A model generated the notes under the pieces. It searched no databases and had not been told where the DNA came from. It was given only the letters and a program-made list of their open reading frames with translations. From a virus (Duplodnaviria > Caudoviricetes), in the IMG/VR virus record IMGVR_UViG_3300029448_000113, positions 1 through 39,659 of that record: a DNA stretch of 39,659 nucleotides. One strand, written 5' to 3'. Shown here one piece after another: positions 1 through 9,545 of the stretch (positions are counted from its first letter, which is position 1; each line of letters opens with the position of its first letter). Made by a program: the position numbers and the translations under genes.

Positions 1-2700
1 TGGCTGGAAATCTAATCCGGTGATGCTTCTATTACTACCTGAACCCGCATACGTCAGTACATCAAAATTCTCTGCTGGCGTAACGGTTGGGGCAGCGAGA
101 TTGCTGGTGTTCAGGCTTTTGAATCCGGTGGGAATCTCATATGCAAATTCAGCGTTGTTTGGTGTGCCTGTAAACTGCCCAGCAAATGTGTTGTCCTGAC
201 CGAAGTTCCAAGTACAGGGGTTTCGATAGGTTTGAACAAAGTAGTATTCTGCTGCCGTTATTGAAGTGCCTCCGCTAGACCCCACCGTACCGACCCAAGT
301 ATCGTTCAACCCCCACCAGACTGTGTTGCTATCTAAATCCAACGCAATCTGTAATATGTCACCAGAGGAGATGCTAGAGAAAATACTGGTAGTGCTACCG
401 TTGTGGTACATCTGTCCGGTTGTGCGGTAGATGACGTACCCGAAAGCTGAACTGCTCTGGCCGATGTAGTTAGAGGTATTCTCTAAACAATCAACCCTCC
501 CGATACCAGCCATTTGGCTGCCAGCAGAATCATATCTAACCTCGGCATACCATTTACCAGAGCTAACTGCGATTGTTGACGCAGCCTTGTTGTATGCGTG
601 AGAGGGGCTTAACGTAAGGTTGCCTTCGCTGAAAGTATTAGACCCAGATGCGACTACATCAGAAACCGGATTTAACGTAGCGTAATTCTTCGGGTACGGC
701 ACATCCAGCATGACATCGTGGCTACTGATATTCGTCGGCGTGAAATGATTCTTGTTGCCGCTTTGGTCGCCTCCGATATAGACGGGGTTTAGCTCTAGCG
801 GGGCTGATGGCGCAGTAAAGCTGGCCGTGTGTCCTCCAGAATTGCTCCAACGATAATCAAATAGGTAGCCAGCGTAATTGTTGCTACCTGAATAGCTACT
901 GGCATATACCCGACCTACCCTAGCAACCAAGCCGCTGTTTGTCGGGGTAAACGATATTGAACCAGAGTCTTCTAAATTCCCGTCAACAAACAGATAAAGA
1001 GTAGACCCCGTGCGAGAAACTTCAACATGATGCCAATCGGTGTCATCGTTCGTGTAAGTTAATGAAACCACATTGTTTGATGACGAACTGTCCCGCAAGG
1101 AGACGCTCACGCTAGTAGATGAAACATTGGCGGTTAAGCCGTCATATACATTTCCATCATTGACGTTTGAAAAAACAGTGCCAGTGGATGAGCCATTTGG
1201 CTTAAACCAAAAATCTAACGTGAAGTTGTTTGTGGTTGTCCTGAAATCAGAGGTGGTTCCAATGTTTAGGTAATCCCCGCTACCATCAAAATACATCGCA
1301 GTTGATTTCGCTGCGGCTTCGTAGTGAGTGGAGGCTGTGCGGGTTACTGTGCCGTTTTCTGTGACACCGTGACTGTTGTGAGATTTATCTACATCATCCC
1401 AATCAGAGTCACTGTTGTCAGGCTGAAGGAGTAATTCAGTGTCAGAGTCATCTGTAAACTTTTCGGTGGGGACATCGAAGGTGTCGGTGTAACGAATGCT
1501 GGAACTAATTCGCGCATCGTACGCATAGCCGTCTCCCCAATAGCTTGAGCCGAAGCCCTGTAAAGTCCCTAAATGCAAGGGGTAAGAGGAAGAAAAGCTA
1601 TAGGTTTGAGATTTTGTGCCTTGCGCGACCAAAACACCATTCAGCCACAATTTGTTATTATATGTCCCCCCGCTAGAGTCGTACGTTACTGCAACGTGAT
1701 TCCATTTATTATGCTCCCAATCTACGCTTGAAATAATTTGCAATCCGTCATTGTACCACGCTAACCCATAAGTTGAGTTGATATACAAAGTAAACCAATC
1801 TGGCCCTTTATGACCAAACAAAGTACAATAACCCACAGTGTTTTTTGTGTAGTACCAACCTTCCAGCGTGTAGTCTCCGGTCAGGTTGTAATCACCAGTA
1901 GAGCCGTCCCATATCTCTAGGTAATTCGATGTGCTACTTCCAAAGTCGATGGCCCTACCGTCACCAGTGAAAGGATTGCCAACCTTGATGCTATGCTCTG
2001 TACCGCCAGTGGCAGTAATCGTATGCCCCGCTGCCACATCAACAAAAGTCGTGTCGCCATCGTTGCGACCCACGGAGGATACGAGGAGGTCTGCATCGTG
2101 GGCTGGCTGGGCGTCGATATGGAATCCGTTTGTGCCGAATGAGCCGGTGTAGGCTTTTGGTTTTAAGCCGCCATAGTCGTTTGATTCCGTAAACGAGGTG
2201 TGGTCTAGTGCGCTACCCTCGATGCCGTATATGTCTGCAAGGTATCCACTGAACTTGTAGCTATTGTTTCCGCTCCATCGCCCGAAATAAACATTGCCCC
2301 ACGCCGCGTATGAATCTGTTCTAGTTAAGGTTTGTGAAGTCCCGTTAACGTAAAGTGTTATTGTGCCAGCATTGCACGAGATACAAATATGATACCAACT
2401 TGCTGTATCCCTAAAAGCAGCGGAAGAAATGCTGTAAGGAGAGGAGCCGTCCCATAGTGAAATTTTGTCATTAGCGTCAAAGTTAATTCCATCATCCCCA
2501 CCCCAGCTAAAGAAGTATTGCAGCGATGACAGCTTGGAACGCTTAACCCACATCGAAACAGTCCACGTTGTGTTGGTGCTTCCAGTTGCTTTGTATAGGT
2601 CATCGGTCGCATTAAACCGCAGTGAGCGGGTGACAGGGTCTTCGGCTGGGGTTGAGTCAGCCGCTGCGCTTCCTGCTGGCAATATGAGGTTAGCTCCCAT
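1..2700 (-). CDS. Large tail fibre / receptor-binding protein, N-terminal 900 aa (three LamG/ConA-like domains plus SPRY-like domain); runs off the left end
   Basis: Absent from the ORF track because it has no stop in the window. Manual translation from ATG 2700 (MGANLILPAG...VTRSLRFN) stays open to base 1. LamG motifs: WTVSMWVKRS, WYHICIS, YTLEGWYY..WNHVAVT, FTLDFWFKP..WHHVEVSR. SPRY-like GKWYAEVR..IALDLDSNTVWWG. Ends ...GLDFQP. Confidence 0.88.
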   Translation of the reverse strand, partial: MGANLILPAGSAAADSTPAEDPVTRSLRFNATDDLYKATGSTNTTWTVSMWVKRSKLSSLQYFFSWGGDDGINFDANDKISLWDGSSPYSISSAAFRDTASWYHICISCNAGTITLYVNGTSQTLTRTDSYAAWGNVYFGRWSGNNSYKFSGYLADIYGIEGSALDHTSFTESNDYGGLKPKAYTGSFGTNGFHIDAQPAHDADLLVSSVGRNDGDTTFVDVAAGHTITATGGTEHSIKVGNPFTGDGRAIDFGSSTSNYLEIWDGSTGDYNLTGDYTLEGWYYTKNTVGYCTLFGHKGPDWFTLYINSTYGLAWYNDGLQIISSVDWEHNKWNHVAVTYDSSGGTYNNKLWLNGVLVAQGTKSQTYSFSSSYPLHLGTLQGFGSSYWGDGYAYDARISSSIRYTDTFDVPTEKFTDDSDTELLLQPDNSDSDWDDVDKSHNSHGVTENGTVTRTASTHYEAAAKSTAMYFDGSGDYLNIGTTSDFRTTTNNFTLDFWFKPNGSSTGTVFSNVNDGNVYDGLTANVSSTSVSVSLRDSSSSNNVVSLTYTNDDTDWHHVEVSRTGSTLYLFVDGNLEDSGSISFTPTNSGLVARVGRVYASSYSGSNNYAGYLFDYRWSNSGGHTASFTAPSAPLELNPVYIGGDQSGNKNHFTPTNISSHDVMLDVPYPKNYATLNPVSDVVASGSNTFSEGNLTLSPSHAYNKAASTIAVSSGKWYAEVRYDSAGSQMAGIGRVDCLENTSNYIGQSSSAFGYVIYRTTGQMYHNGSTTSIFSSISSGDILQIALDLDSNTVWWGLNDTWVGTVGSSGGTSITAAEYYFVQTYRNPCTWNFGQDNTFAGQFTGTPNNAEFAYEIPTGFKSLNTSNLAAPTVTPAENFDVLTYAGSGSNRSITGLDFQP

Positions 2701-2704
2701 TCGA

Positions 2705-4105
2705 TTAGCTCACGTTCAGTTGACGGCCCACTTCGAGTAGGTTTGTGCCGTCTCCTCGGAATACGAGAATGTCTTTCGCACTGGCAGTTGTAGTCAGCGT
2801 AGGAGCCGTTCCCCCAGCCCATTTAAACACTGCATCCCAAGCTGCGGTGCGACTTCCCGTGCCATCTTGAATAATTGTGATTGAGTAAAACCCACCGTCC
2901 TGAATGCTGGTAGGTGCATCAAAGGTGGTGTTATTTGTGAGGGTTAGCTGGCAGACTTGATTAGTGCTTAAATCCCAATCCTGCGTAGCATCAAAAGTTA
3001 GCGTAGTGCTGTTGAAGTTTTGGGCGGCAGACCATTCCGTTGATACATCAGTTTTGCTGGTGTCGGCATCGTAAGCTTGAACACCTCCAGCAGTGTCGAA
3101 GGCTTTTTCTGCTGCTGCGCCTAGCCCTAAATTGGTGCGGGCCGTGGATGCGTCACTGGCGTTTGTTCCGCCATTAGCAATAGCTACTGTACCGCTCAAC
3201 TGAGCTACACCGATTATTTTGTTGGTCAGTGTTTGGGTGGCAGATGCGCCAACGATCTCCTGATCAGAGCCAGCAGGAAGCGTGAGCGTGTTGGTTACAG
3301 TGGCCGAATGCGGTTGGGCAATAATAGTCTGCCCGTGACTGTTTGATTCGCAGTTCAGCTTAATTGCCCCAGCGTTGGTATTGCCCTTAAACACCGTTGC
3401 ACCTGTGCCATCTGGAGCAATTACGATGTTGCCGTTGGCAGTGCTAGTGTTTACTTCGTTAGCACCAACATCTAAATTGCCACCTAGCTGCGGTGTGGCG
3501 TCTTCGGATACGTTAGCAATCTTCCCGTTCCACGTTGATGCGCTGGCTATATTGCCGTCCGGTAGGTTGCCTGTTACGTCAGCAGTTAAATCAATTTGAG
3601 CTAGAGTAATCTCCTGACCGCTCAGAGTTAAATAGTCCGGTGTTCCTGCTAGGGTTACAGGGGTTGAGTTGTCTGTTCCAGCAGCATCAGCAGTGCTAGT
3701 AAAAGTAATCTTATCTCCATCCCTAGCAATAGTAAGGCCAGTGCCAGCCTCTAGAACTATGTCATCTGTGGCTGAGTCGCTACCAGTTAGTCTAATCTTT
3801 TCCTCGTCAGTGTTATCACCATCAACAGCCGACACACCGTAAGTGGTGTTAGCGTCAGTGGTCATGTCATCCACAACAAAGTTTAACTTACCAGCCGTAT
3901 CATCGTAGGTAACAGTGCATCGAGTCTCAGTGCCACCGTCAACCATTGCGCCAACGATGTCCTCAACTGTTTCGGTAAGCAGGTTAATAGTTACTGCACC
4001 GCTCGTACCTCCGCCGTCTAGATTAGTGCCAGCAGCAACAGCAGTAATGTCGCCACTACCTCCACCACCGCCACCAAGGCTCTGACCTAATTGACTTTGA
4101 CTCAT
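2705..4105 (-). CDS. Tail fibre / fibre-associated structural protein (466 aa)
   Basis: G/T/A/D-rich. Contains TPQLGGNLDV, VAIANGGTNAS..ARTNLGLG and the C-terminal IQDGTGSRT..FKWAGGTAPTLTT motif typical of phage fibres. Confidence 0.8.
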   Translation of the reverse strand: MSQSQLGQSLGGGGGGSGDITAVAAGTNLDGGGTSGAVTINLLTETVEDIVGAMVDGGTETRCTVTYDDTAGKLNFVVDDMTTDANTTYGVSAVDGDNTDEEKIRLTGSDSATDDIVLEAGTGLTIARDGDKITFTSTADAAGTDNSTPVTLAGTPDYLTLSGQEITLAQIDLTADVTGNLPDGNIASASTWNGKIANVSEDATPQLGGNLDVGANEVNTSTANGNIVIAPDGTGATVFKGNTNAGAIKLNCESNSHGQTIIAQPHSATVTNTLTLPAGSDQEIVGASATQTLTNKIIGVAQLSGTVAIANGGTNASDASTARTNLGLGAAAEKAFDTAGGVQAYDADTSKTDVSTEWSAAQNFNSTTLTFDATQDWDLSTNQVCQLTLTNNTTFDAPTSIQDGGFYSITIIQDGTGSRTAAWDAVFKWAGGTAPTLTTTASAKDILVFRGDGTNLLEVGRQLNVS

Positions 4106-4446
4106 ACTATCACCCCCGTAAACCAGCAGTCTGCTGAAGATTTTGTTAAAGTTGTGTTTGTAGAAGAGAAGGCAACATATACGCCGCTTGTAAATCTAAG
4201 CCCCCTAACAGGAACCTCTAGGAAAAAGTTGTCTCCAGCCTTTACATATATCGGATGGATTGATGGCGCAGTACCGTCACTTACAGCACTAGCACTATCG
4301 AACACCATAACGTACTGGTCGGAAGATGCCTTACAAGAACCGAAAAGCCCCAGCAGGGAACACCCGCTAAGACTAACCTGCAATTCATCATCCCAAGTTG
4401 TGTTGCTTACTACCTCGCCTATGTCGGCAATATCTTTTCTAGCCAT
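4102..4446 (-). CDS. Small beta-rich virion protein (possible capsid decoration or spike base)
   Basis: 114 aa beta-strand pattern (QYVMVFDSAS, GLRFTSGVYVAFSST). Translationally coupled between the capsid block and the fibre gene. Confidence 0.55.
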   Translation of the reverse strand: MARKDIADIGEVVSNTTWDDELQVSLSGCSLLGLFGSCKASSDQYVMVFDSASAVSDGTAPSIHPIYVKAGDNFFLEVPVRGLRFTSGVYVAFSSTNTTLTKSSADCWFTGVIV

Positions 4447-4700
4447 TAGTCACTCCACGCTTTTTTAATTTGTTTCTTGCTGTAGTCGGACTTCCATCTC
4501 CCACCCTTGCATTCTTGATCGTAGTAACCCTTGAGAACACCGTCTTTCATGTTCGTAGGGTTGGAAGCGTTTCCTGTAAAAGACATTGCCTGTGGCTCCT
4601 TCACTCTTGAGTATCCAGCAGGGCATCGGTCTTTGTCCTTGGCGAGTCGTATCTCTTCTATCCTCTCGCCCTTATCATTTTCATAAACATATATCGGCAT
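4446..4700 (-). CDS. FmdB-like (MPIY-type) small protein with degenerate zinc ribbon
   Basis: N-terminus MPIYVYENDKGERIEE resembles MPxYxYxCxxCG FmdB proteins, but only one ribbon Cys (DRCP) remains. Confidence 0.5.
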   Translation of the reverse strand: MPIYVYENDKGERIEEIRLAKDKDRCPAGYSRVKEPQAMSFTGNASNPTNMKDGVLKGYYDQECKGGRWKSDYSKKQIKKAWSD

Positions 4701-4720
4701 CTTACACCAATCTGTAAAGC

Positions 4721-4758
4721 GGAGGGAGCAGGGCTTTTTACTTCCCCACCCCCTCCAT
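4721..4758 (-). terminator. GC-rich hairpin after the capsid stop (weak terminator or mRNA stabiliser)
   Basis: Minus strand reads GGAGGGGTGGGG-loop-CCCTGCTCCCTCC, followed only by GCTTTAC (short U tract). Confidence 0.55.
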
Positions 4759-4767
4759 TGTTATTGT

Positions 4768-5775
4768 TTAGGCATACGCGCTCTTAGAACGCAACACCAC
4801 GAACCAGTTCTCATTAAGAACCTTAGCGGTGTAGTATGCTTTCCAGCCAATCGTGGTGGTCTGGTTGAGTGGATCGCTCTTGTCAGGAGTGTCAGTAATG
4901 ACAATCGAAGGCGACTTAGGTGACTCACCGGATAAGGCAGGTACACCAAACGCCTGACCACCCATCACGAAGGAGGTGAAGATGTCACCAGAGGCACTGT
5001 AAGTACCCTTGGCTCCACCGGACGCCTCAATGAATGGGTTGGTATCTTCGATGACTTTAACTCCGTGGAAGGAGCCGACCTCACCCTTGAACAATCCTTG
5101 GACTGCGCTGTACTTGTGAGCTTCCAGCCAATCAGTGTTGTTCATCAGATCACGAGTCACTTGCGGGGAAGCAACCATAACGTACTGACCGCCAATCTGC
5201 GGGGCACGGTTGATCTTCAGTTGAGTCACGCTGTCCAACAGGTCAGTTGCACCAATTTTAGTATTGGGAACCGTGTCGGCAGCTAACTCAGCCCAAGTAG
5301 GAGTAGCATCACCACCAGAGTAACGCTTGGTACGGCTGTCGCTCTCGTCGCTGTCGGTCTTGTTCACCAACTCGTCACGGATAAGGTCATCCATGTAGAG
5401 GGCAGCATCTTCGCCATTAGTCTTAATAGCTTGCTGCATGATGTTCAGGAGCGAGGTAGCGTTGAGAACGTCAGTCACGCCGATCACCTGACCGATTTGG
5501 TTCAAGGTGGCATCGACGTAGCCGAGCGATAACTCACGGTAGTTGCTGCTGCTAACGGCAGTACCCTCAGTCAAGTCCTGCACACTGGCAGTAGAAGGCT
5601 CACCGAAACGGAAGAACCGAATGGATTGAGCCCCCGCGTTCTTGGGGAGTGCTGCGGTTTGAGCGAACTCAGCCTTGCGTAAAGACTGAACGGCGTAGTC
5701 TAGCAGTTGCTTGCTAAAGTACGTTTGGTATTGATCCGCCATTGTGGACGGATTCGATGTGCTTTGAATAGCCAT
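4768..5775 (-). CDS. Major capsid protein, N4-gp56 family (335 aa)
   Basis: Motifs YFSKQLL, LPKNAG..IRFFRF, LTEG, GEVGSFHGVKVIE and DKSDPLNQ..TIGWKA. Lies directly downstream of the scaffold gene. Confidence 0.92.
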   Translation of the reverse strand: MAIQSTSNPSTMADQYQTYFSKQLLDYAVQSLRKAEFAQTAALPKNAGAQSIRFFRFGEPSTASVQDLTEGTAVSSSNYRELSLGYVDATLNQIGQVIGVTDVLNATSLLNIMQQAIKTNGEDAALYMDDLIRDELVNKTDSDESDSRTKRYSGGDATPTWAELAADTVPNTKIGATDLLDSVTQLKINRAPQIGGQYVMVASPQVTRDLMNNTDWLEAHKYSAVQGLFKGEVGSFHGVKVIEDTNPFIEASGGAKGTYSASGDIFTSFVMGGQAFGVPALSGESPKSPSIVITDTPDKSDPLNQTTTIGWKAYYTAKVLNENWFVVLRSKSAYA

Positions 5776-5798
5776 TGTTTATGCAATAAGTTAATCCA

Positions 5799-6755
5799 TT
5801 AGTAGCCTCCTCCTGCATCTACTTCCGCAGCGCGGCGTTCGAGTTCCGCAAACTGCTCTTCCGGTGTCAGTTCGTTAAATGAACGATCACCAGTTGGGGC
5901 AGACGGGTCAGAGCCTCCAATGGAGAGTTTTGATTTTAGACCAGCATTCTCTTCAGTGAGAGTGTTGATCTGTTCTTGAAGCGAGGTAGCTGATTCTGCT
6001 TTCTGCATATTGGCAACAATATCTGCCGCATCTATAATGCCTCCTGAATAAGTTGCTAAGACAGGCCGCTCTTGGAGTATTTGATTAACAGCTTTCCTGA
6101 AAGACGAATCTCCATCTTTTAATTCAGGGTAGGATTTAGCAGCTTCGTTGAAATTAGCAGACCATTCTTCTTTGAATTGCCCTTCATTTCTAGAAACCTT
6201 ATGATCCTGAGCCATACCTCTGACCTCTTCGGCTTGCTCTCTAGCCTTCTCAGCTAAACGCATTTCACCTTCAAGCTCAAAGTTTCTGGCTGCTGCTTCA
6301 TAGTCCTCCGCAGAGTTGCCGTCCGAATCAACAAATTCCTCTGGCTTGCCTCGGTCATTAAGCGATTGCCTGACTTCCTCAAGCTCCTGCCTTTGCCGTG
6401 CAATTTCAGATTTTTCGTCATTCAGTTTGCGCCAAGAATCGTTAAGCCGTTTTTCAGACTTAGTAGACTTGCTATCTGCTTCACTTTTCAAAGAACTGTC
6501 AGGCACTTCTGGAGGCCCAGCTTCTTTTTGCGGTTCAGGTTCGGCAGGTTTCTCCGGTTCCGCTGGCTTCGGCTCAGGTGCTTCAGCTTTAGGTTTCTCC
6601 GGTTCGGGCTGACTTTGTTCGTTCCGCCTCTGCTCGATATCAGCAGTGGGAACTTCAGCAGGGTGCGACCCCTCATCATAACCCGATAACCTGTCCTGTT
6701 CCGCAGCCATTTGCTGTAGCTGCTCCAATGTTACGCCCTCTGTTTCTTCACTCAT
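5799..6755 (-). CDS. Capsid scaffolding protein (318 aa)
   Basis: Acidic, with a P/E-rich disordered N-region and coiled coils. Lies between portal and capsid. Confidence 0.8.
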   Translation of the reverse strand: MSEETEGVTLEQLQQMAAEQDRLSGYDEGSHPAEVPTADIEQRRNEQSQPEPEKPKAEAPEPKPAEPEKPAEPEPQKEAGPPEVPDSSLKSEADSKSTKSEKRLNDSWRKLNDEKSEIARQRQELEEVRQSLNDRGKPEEFVDSDGNSAEDYEAAARNFELEGEMRLAEKAREQAEEVRGMAQDHKVSRNEGQFKEEWSANFNEAAKSYPELKDGDSSFRKAVNQILQERPVLATYSGGIIDAADIVANMQKAESATSLQEQINTLTEENAGLKSKLSIGGSDPSAPTGDRSFNELTPEEQFAELERRAAEVDAGGGY

Positions 6756-6863
6756 TTTTTATCTTTGTGCATTTTTTCAGATAAGCTCGCACGTTGCCTA
6801 CCTGTAGTGTGTCTTATAGTTTCGCCTAGGCCCGACACCAGCTTCGGCGTATTCGGGATGTCT

Positions 6864-7178
6864 TTACGTTTCGAGGTCGCTTGGCTCATCCCCTTCCAAG
6901 TCCTCGTAAAGTTCTTTGTTGGCAAGTGACTCTATCGCACTCACACAACCCTTAAAACCATTAGCAAACCCTGCGCTGAAAACAAGGTCTTTTTTATCCT
7001 CTAAGCAATAAGACTGATTTCTTATCACCATATTCGCAAGTGTTTTGGAAAACTTCTGCCCTGTATCACTCTCTAGGAATAATAGTAGTTTGACGGAATC
7101 TTCCTCTTTCCACTCCGGTTCGGTTGTCCATTGTACCTCTCTGGCGAACAGTAGCATCGCCCTTATCTTTCTAAACAT
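6864..7178 (-). CDS. Small head-assembly protein between portal and scaffold (104 aa)
   Basis: FLESDTGQKF..L and GFANGFKG..IESL pattern; position matches small portal-scaffold linker genes of podoviruses. Confidence 0.55.
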   Translation of the reverse strand: MFRKIRAMLLFAREVQWTTEPEWKEEDSVKLLLFLESDTGQKFSKTLANMVIRNQSYCLEDKKDLVFSAGFANGFKGCVSAIESLANKELYEDLEGDEPSDLET

Positions 7179-7726
7179 ATCTTACTTCCTTTTCTTAGGT
7201 TATCTCTTTTCCACATTGGCTTTAGGTTGCTGAAGTGCCAACAAGCTTCAAACTCTTTTTTATTCGATTGGTCGTGGGCGCATACTGGGATGTGGTGGTC
7301 AATGTGCCAGTGAGTGCCATAGTTCTTCCAGCTCATTCCTCTCTTAAATTGAACTTCAAGGTGCTTCAGGAAATGCTCCCTACTACATCCTAGTGTCTTT
7401 TCAGCTAACTTGCTCTTACCTTTTATTAACCTGCTTATTCTGCTTCTAAGGTTTGCTATAATTCTTAGGGCAGGGTTGCTAAGGAAAGCCTCTTTTCTTT
7501 TTTGGCTTATTATTTCTTTATACTTACTTTTGTAAGCCTTCTGCTGTGCTCTTATCTTTTTTCTGTTTTTCTTGTAATATTCTCTGCCTCTCTCATTATG
7601 CTCTTTTTTATTCTCCTCGTAATACTCCTTATACCACGCAGCTATCTTTTTCTTGTTTTTCTTTGCGTAGGCTTTTCTGGTTTCAGGGTAGTTATTTTCT
7701 CTACTGTTGTTGGATTTGTTCGGCAT
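7163..7726 (-). CDS. Free-standing HNH-type homing endonuclease
   Basis: C-terminal MSWKNYGTHWHIDHHIP..CWHFSNLKPMW..DNLRKG motif and a K/Y-rich helical-repeat N-terminus. Strongly A-rich; overlaps both neighbours. Confidence 0.85.
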   Translation of the reverse strand: MPNKSNNSRENNYPETRKAYAKKNKKKIAAWYKEYYEENKKEHNERGREYYKKNRKKIRAQQKAYKSKYKEIISQKRKEAFLSNPALRIIANLRSRISRLIKGKSKLAEKTLGCSREHFLKHLEVQFKRGMSWKNYGTHWHIDHHIPVCAHDQSNKKEFEACWHFSNLKPMWKRDNLRKGSKICLER

Positions 7727-9545
7727 CAGGAGCCCCCATTACCTGAGCCTGACGATCCATAGCCAATGATTCAGCAGACTCAGCGAGTTGTTTTCGTAGC
7801 TGTCTTGCTGCATTGGTATCAACCTGCTCGTATGCATCAAGTAGCTGGCTTATCCTTTGAACGACTAGTTGTTGGGTTGTTTGAGATATGGCATCATTAT
7901 CAGCCATCTTATTGTCTAAGTAACCTACAAGTGTGGCGATCCGAACTTCAAATTCCTCGTCACCACGCACCGGAACTGGCATACCCACCTCCATAATTCC
8001 GATGTTGTTAGCTTCCTCAAGAGATTCTGTTTGCTGCTTGAACTGCGGATCAATGTACATCCTGCGAACCAAAGACGGATCGTCCAGTTCCAGTATCGAG
8101 CGATCCAACTCAGCTTGGTTGATATAGGGTGAGCCAGCGAATAACTGCTTGCGCCCCATAGCTTGCTGTAGTTTGAGCCCTCGGTTCTGGCTGTCAGGCC
8201 CACCTTTAGGTTCTATCACATACTCACCGAAGAATGCGTCAGGTTCCAGTTGCCCGTTATCTTCACGGTATCGGAACTCCAAATCTTCCTTCTTGTACTG
8301 TAAGTATAGCGACCAAGACTGACGGTATAGAGAGCCAAGCGACAGGCGGAACACGCGAGCCCGTAAGTCATTGGACTCTGCCATAAGCCCACTAATAGCA
8401 TTGATCTCTGTGGCAGTTCGTCGATCTCCTTTACTGCTCATCGAGTTAACACCAAAGTCAGGCATACCGATCCGCTGCTCTGCAATGAACCGAGTAGTCT
8501 CAATCTCCTGATCGAAGCTGATAGGAGGCTGGGCCATCTGCACTGGTGCTAATCCAACTGGTAGAATTTGGGCTGGGGAAAGGCGAATGTTGCTGCTGTT
8601 GGGTACATCCCTGTCCGACTTGAACATAGGACGATTGTACAGCGTCATCGCATCGTGCTTGTCATTCCACATCTTACATAGAGATGCTTCAAACGGGGCG
8701 ATGATTTCGCATACCCCACGAGGAGAGAACCAGCCCTTATCTTTAATCTCATAACTGAAGTCTACAAACGGATACTCTCCGTGATTGTAGTCCAGTTCCA
8801 TTGAAGAGCGTATGTCCATTTCAGGAATCTCAGGGCAGAATGTTTCTACTATCACCTTGCCTTCGCTCTTGTGGTACACCTCCCAAAGGATAATGCGGCT
8901 CATATCTGAGGAGTAGTTGATTCCTTCTCGTCGATAGGTTGTGACCTCCTTCTCCGCGCTATTGCCAGCTTTATGCCTCTTGGATTGTACAAGTTCCACA
9001 TCCACGCCTGAGTATTTCGGGTCGTTCTCGAAAGCCTCGACACTCATCTGCATGATGTGAACTACCCTCTCGGAGTCTTGAAGATTCTTGGTGCGGTCTG
9101 GCACTACGATCATCATAGGGTCAATCGAATCGTACCTGACCTGCTTCTTGTCTGAGTCCCAATAAACCTTAATTGCAGATCGTCCCGTCATTAGTCCGTG
9201 GTCAATCCATGTAAGGCACTCAGTTAGGAAATTAGTTTTCTCTTTGGTCTGGTAATCAAACCACCGCTCGGCTGTTACAGTCATGCCGTTGTCCTGCTGG
9301 CGCATAGGAACGAACGAGGCAATCGTATCCATACCCACAACCTGCATATAGTAGAACGGCTTCAGTCTCTCGATAACTGAGTCGGCTAAGGGGAAGTGCA
9401 AGTCACTGGCGTTACGCCAAGGTTTGTTCTTACGGCGCAGACCATTGTGGCGCATCTCATACCACAGCTTTTGTCGTGTCTCCCAGCGGGAGCGGTCTTG
9501 TATGTCTACAGTGATCGCGTCACTTAGTTCCTGTCTATCAATCAT
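7701..9545 (-). CDS. Portal protein (614 aa)
   Basis: Size and position between terminase and scaffold; contains the RRTATEI motif typical of podovirus portals. Confidence 0.88.
   Translation of the reverse strand: MIDRQELSDAITVDIQDRSRWETRQKLWYEMRHNGLRRKNKPWRNASDLHFPLADSVIERLKPFYYMQVVGMDTIASFVPMRQQDNGMTVTAERWFDYQTKEKTNFLTECLTWIDHGLMTGRSAIKVYWDSDKKQVRYDSIDPMMIVVPDRTKNLQDSERVVHIMQMSVEAFENDPKYSGVDVELVQSKRHKAGNSAEKEVTTYRREGINYSSDMSRIILWEVYHKSEGKVIVETFCPEIPEMDIRSSMELDYNHGEYPFVDFSYEIKDKGWFSPRGVCEIIAPFEASLCKMWNDKHDAMTLYNRPMFKSDRDVPNSSNIRLSPAQILPVGLAPVQMAQPPISFDQEIETTRFIAEQRIGMPDFGVNSMSSKGDRRTATEINAISGLMAESNDLRARVFRLSLGSLYRQSWSLYLQYKKEDLEFRYREDNGQLEPDAFFGEYVIEPKGGPDSQNRGLKLQQAMGRKQLFAGSPYINQAELDRSILELDDPSLVRRMYIDPQFKQQTESLEEANNIGIMEVGMPVPVRGDEEFEVRIATLVGYLDNKMADNDAISQTTQQLVVQRISQLLDAYEQVDTNAARQLRKQLAESAESLAMDRQAQVMGAPDAEQIQQQ

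Noticed and set aside
7163-7726. Group I intron around the HNH gene
   Set aside because: Both flanking genes are intact and overlap the ORF, leaving no room for intron core helices.
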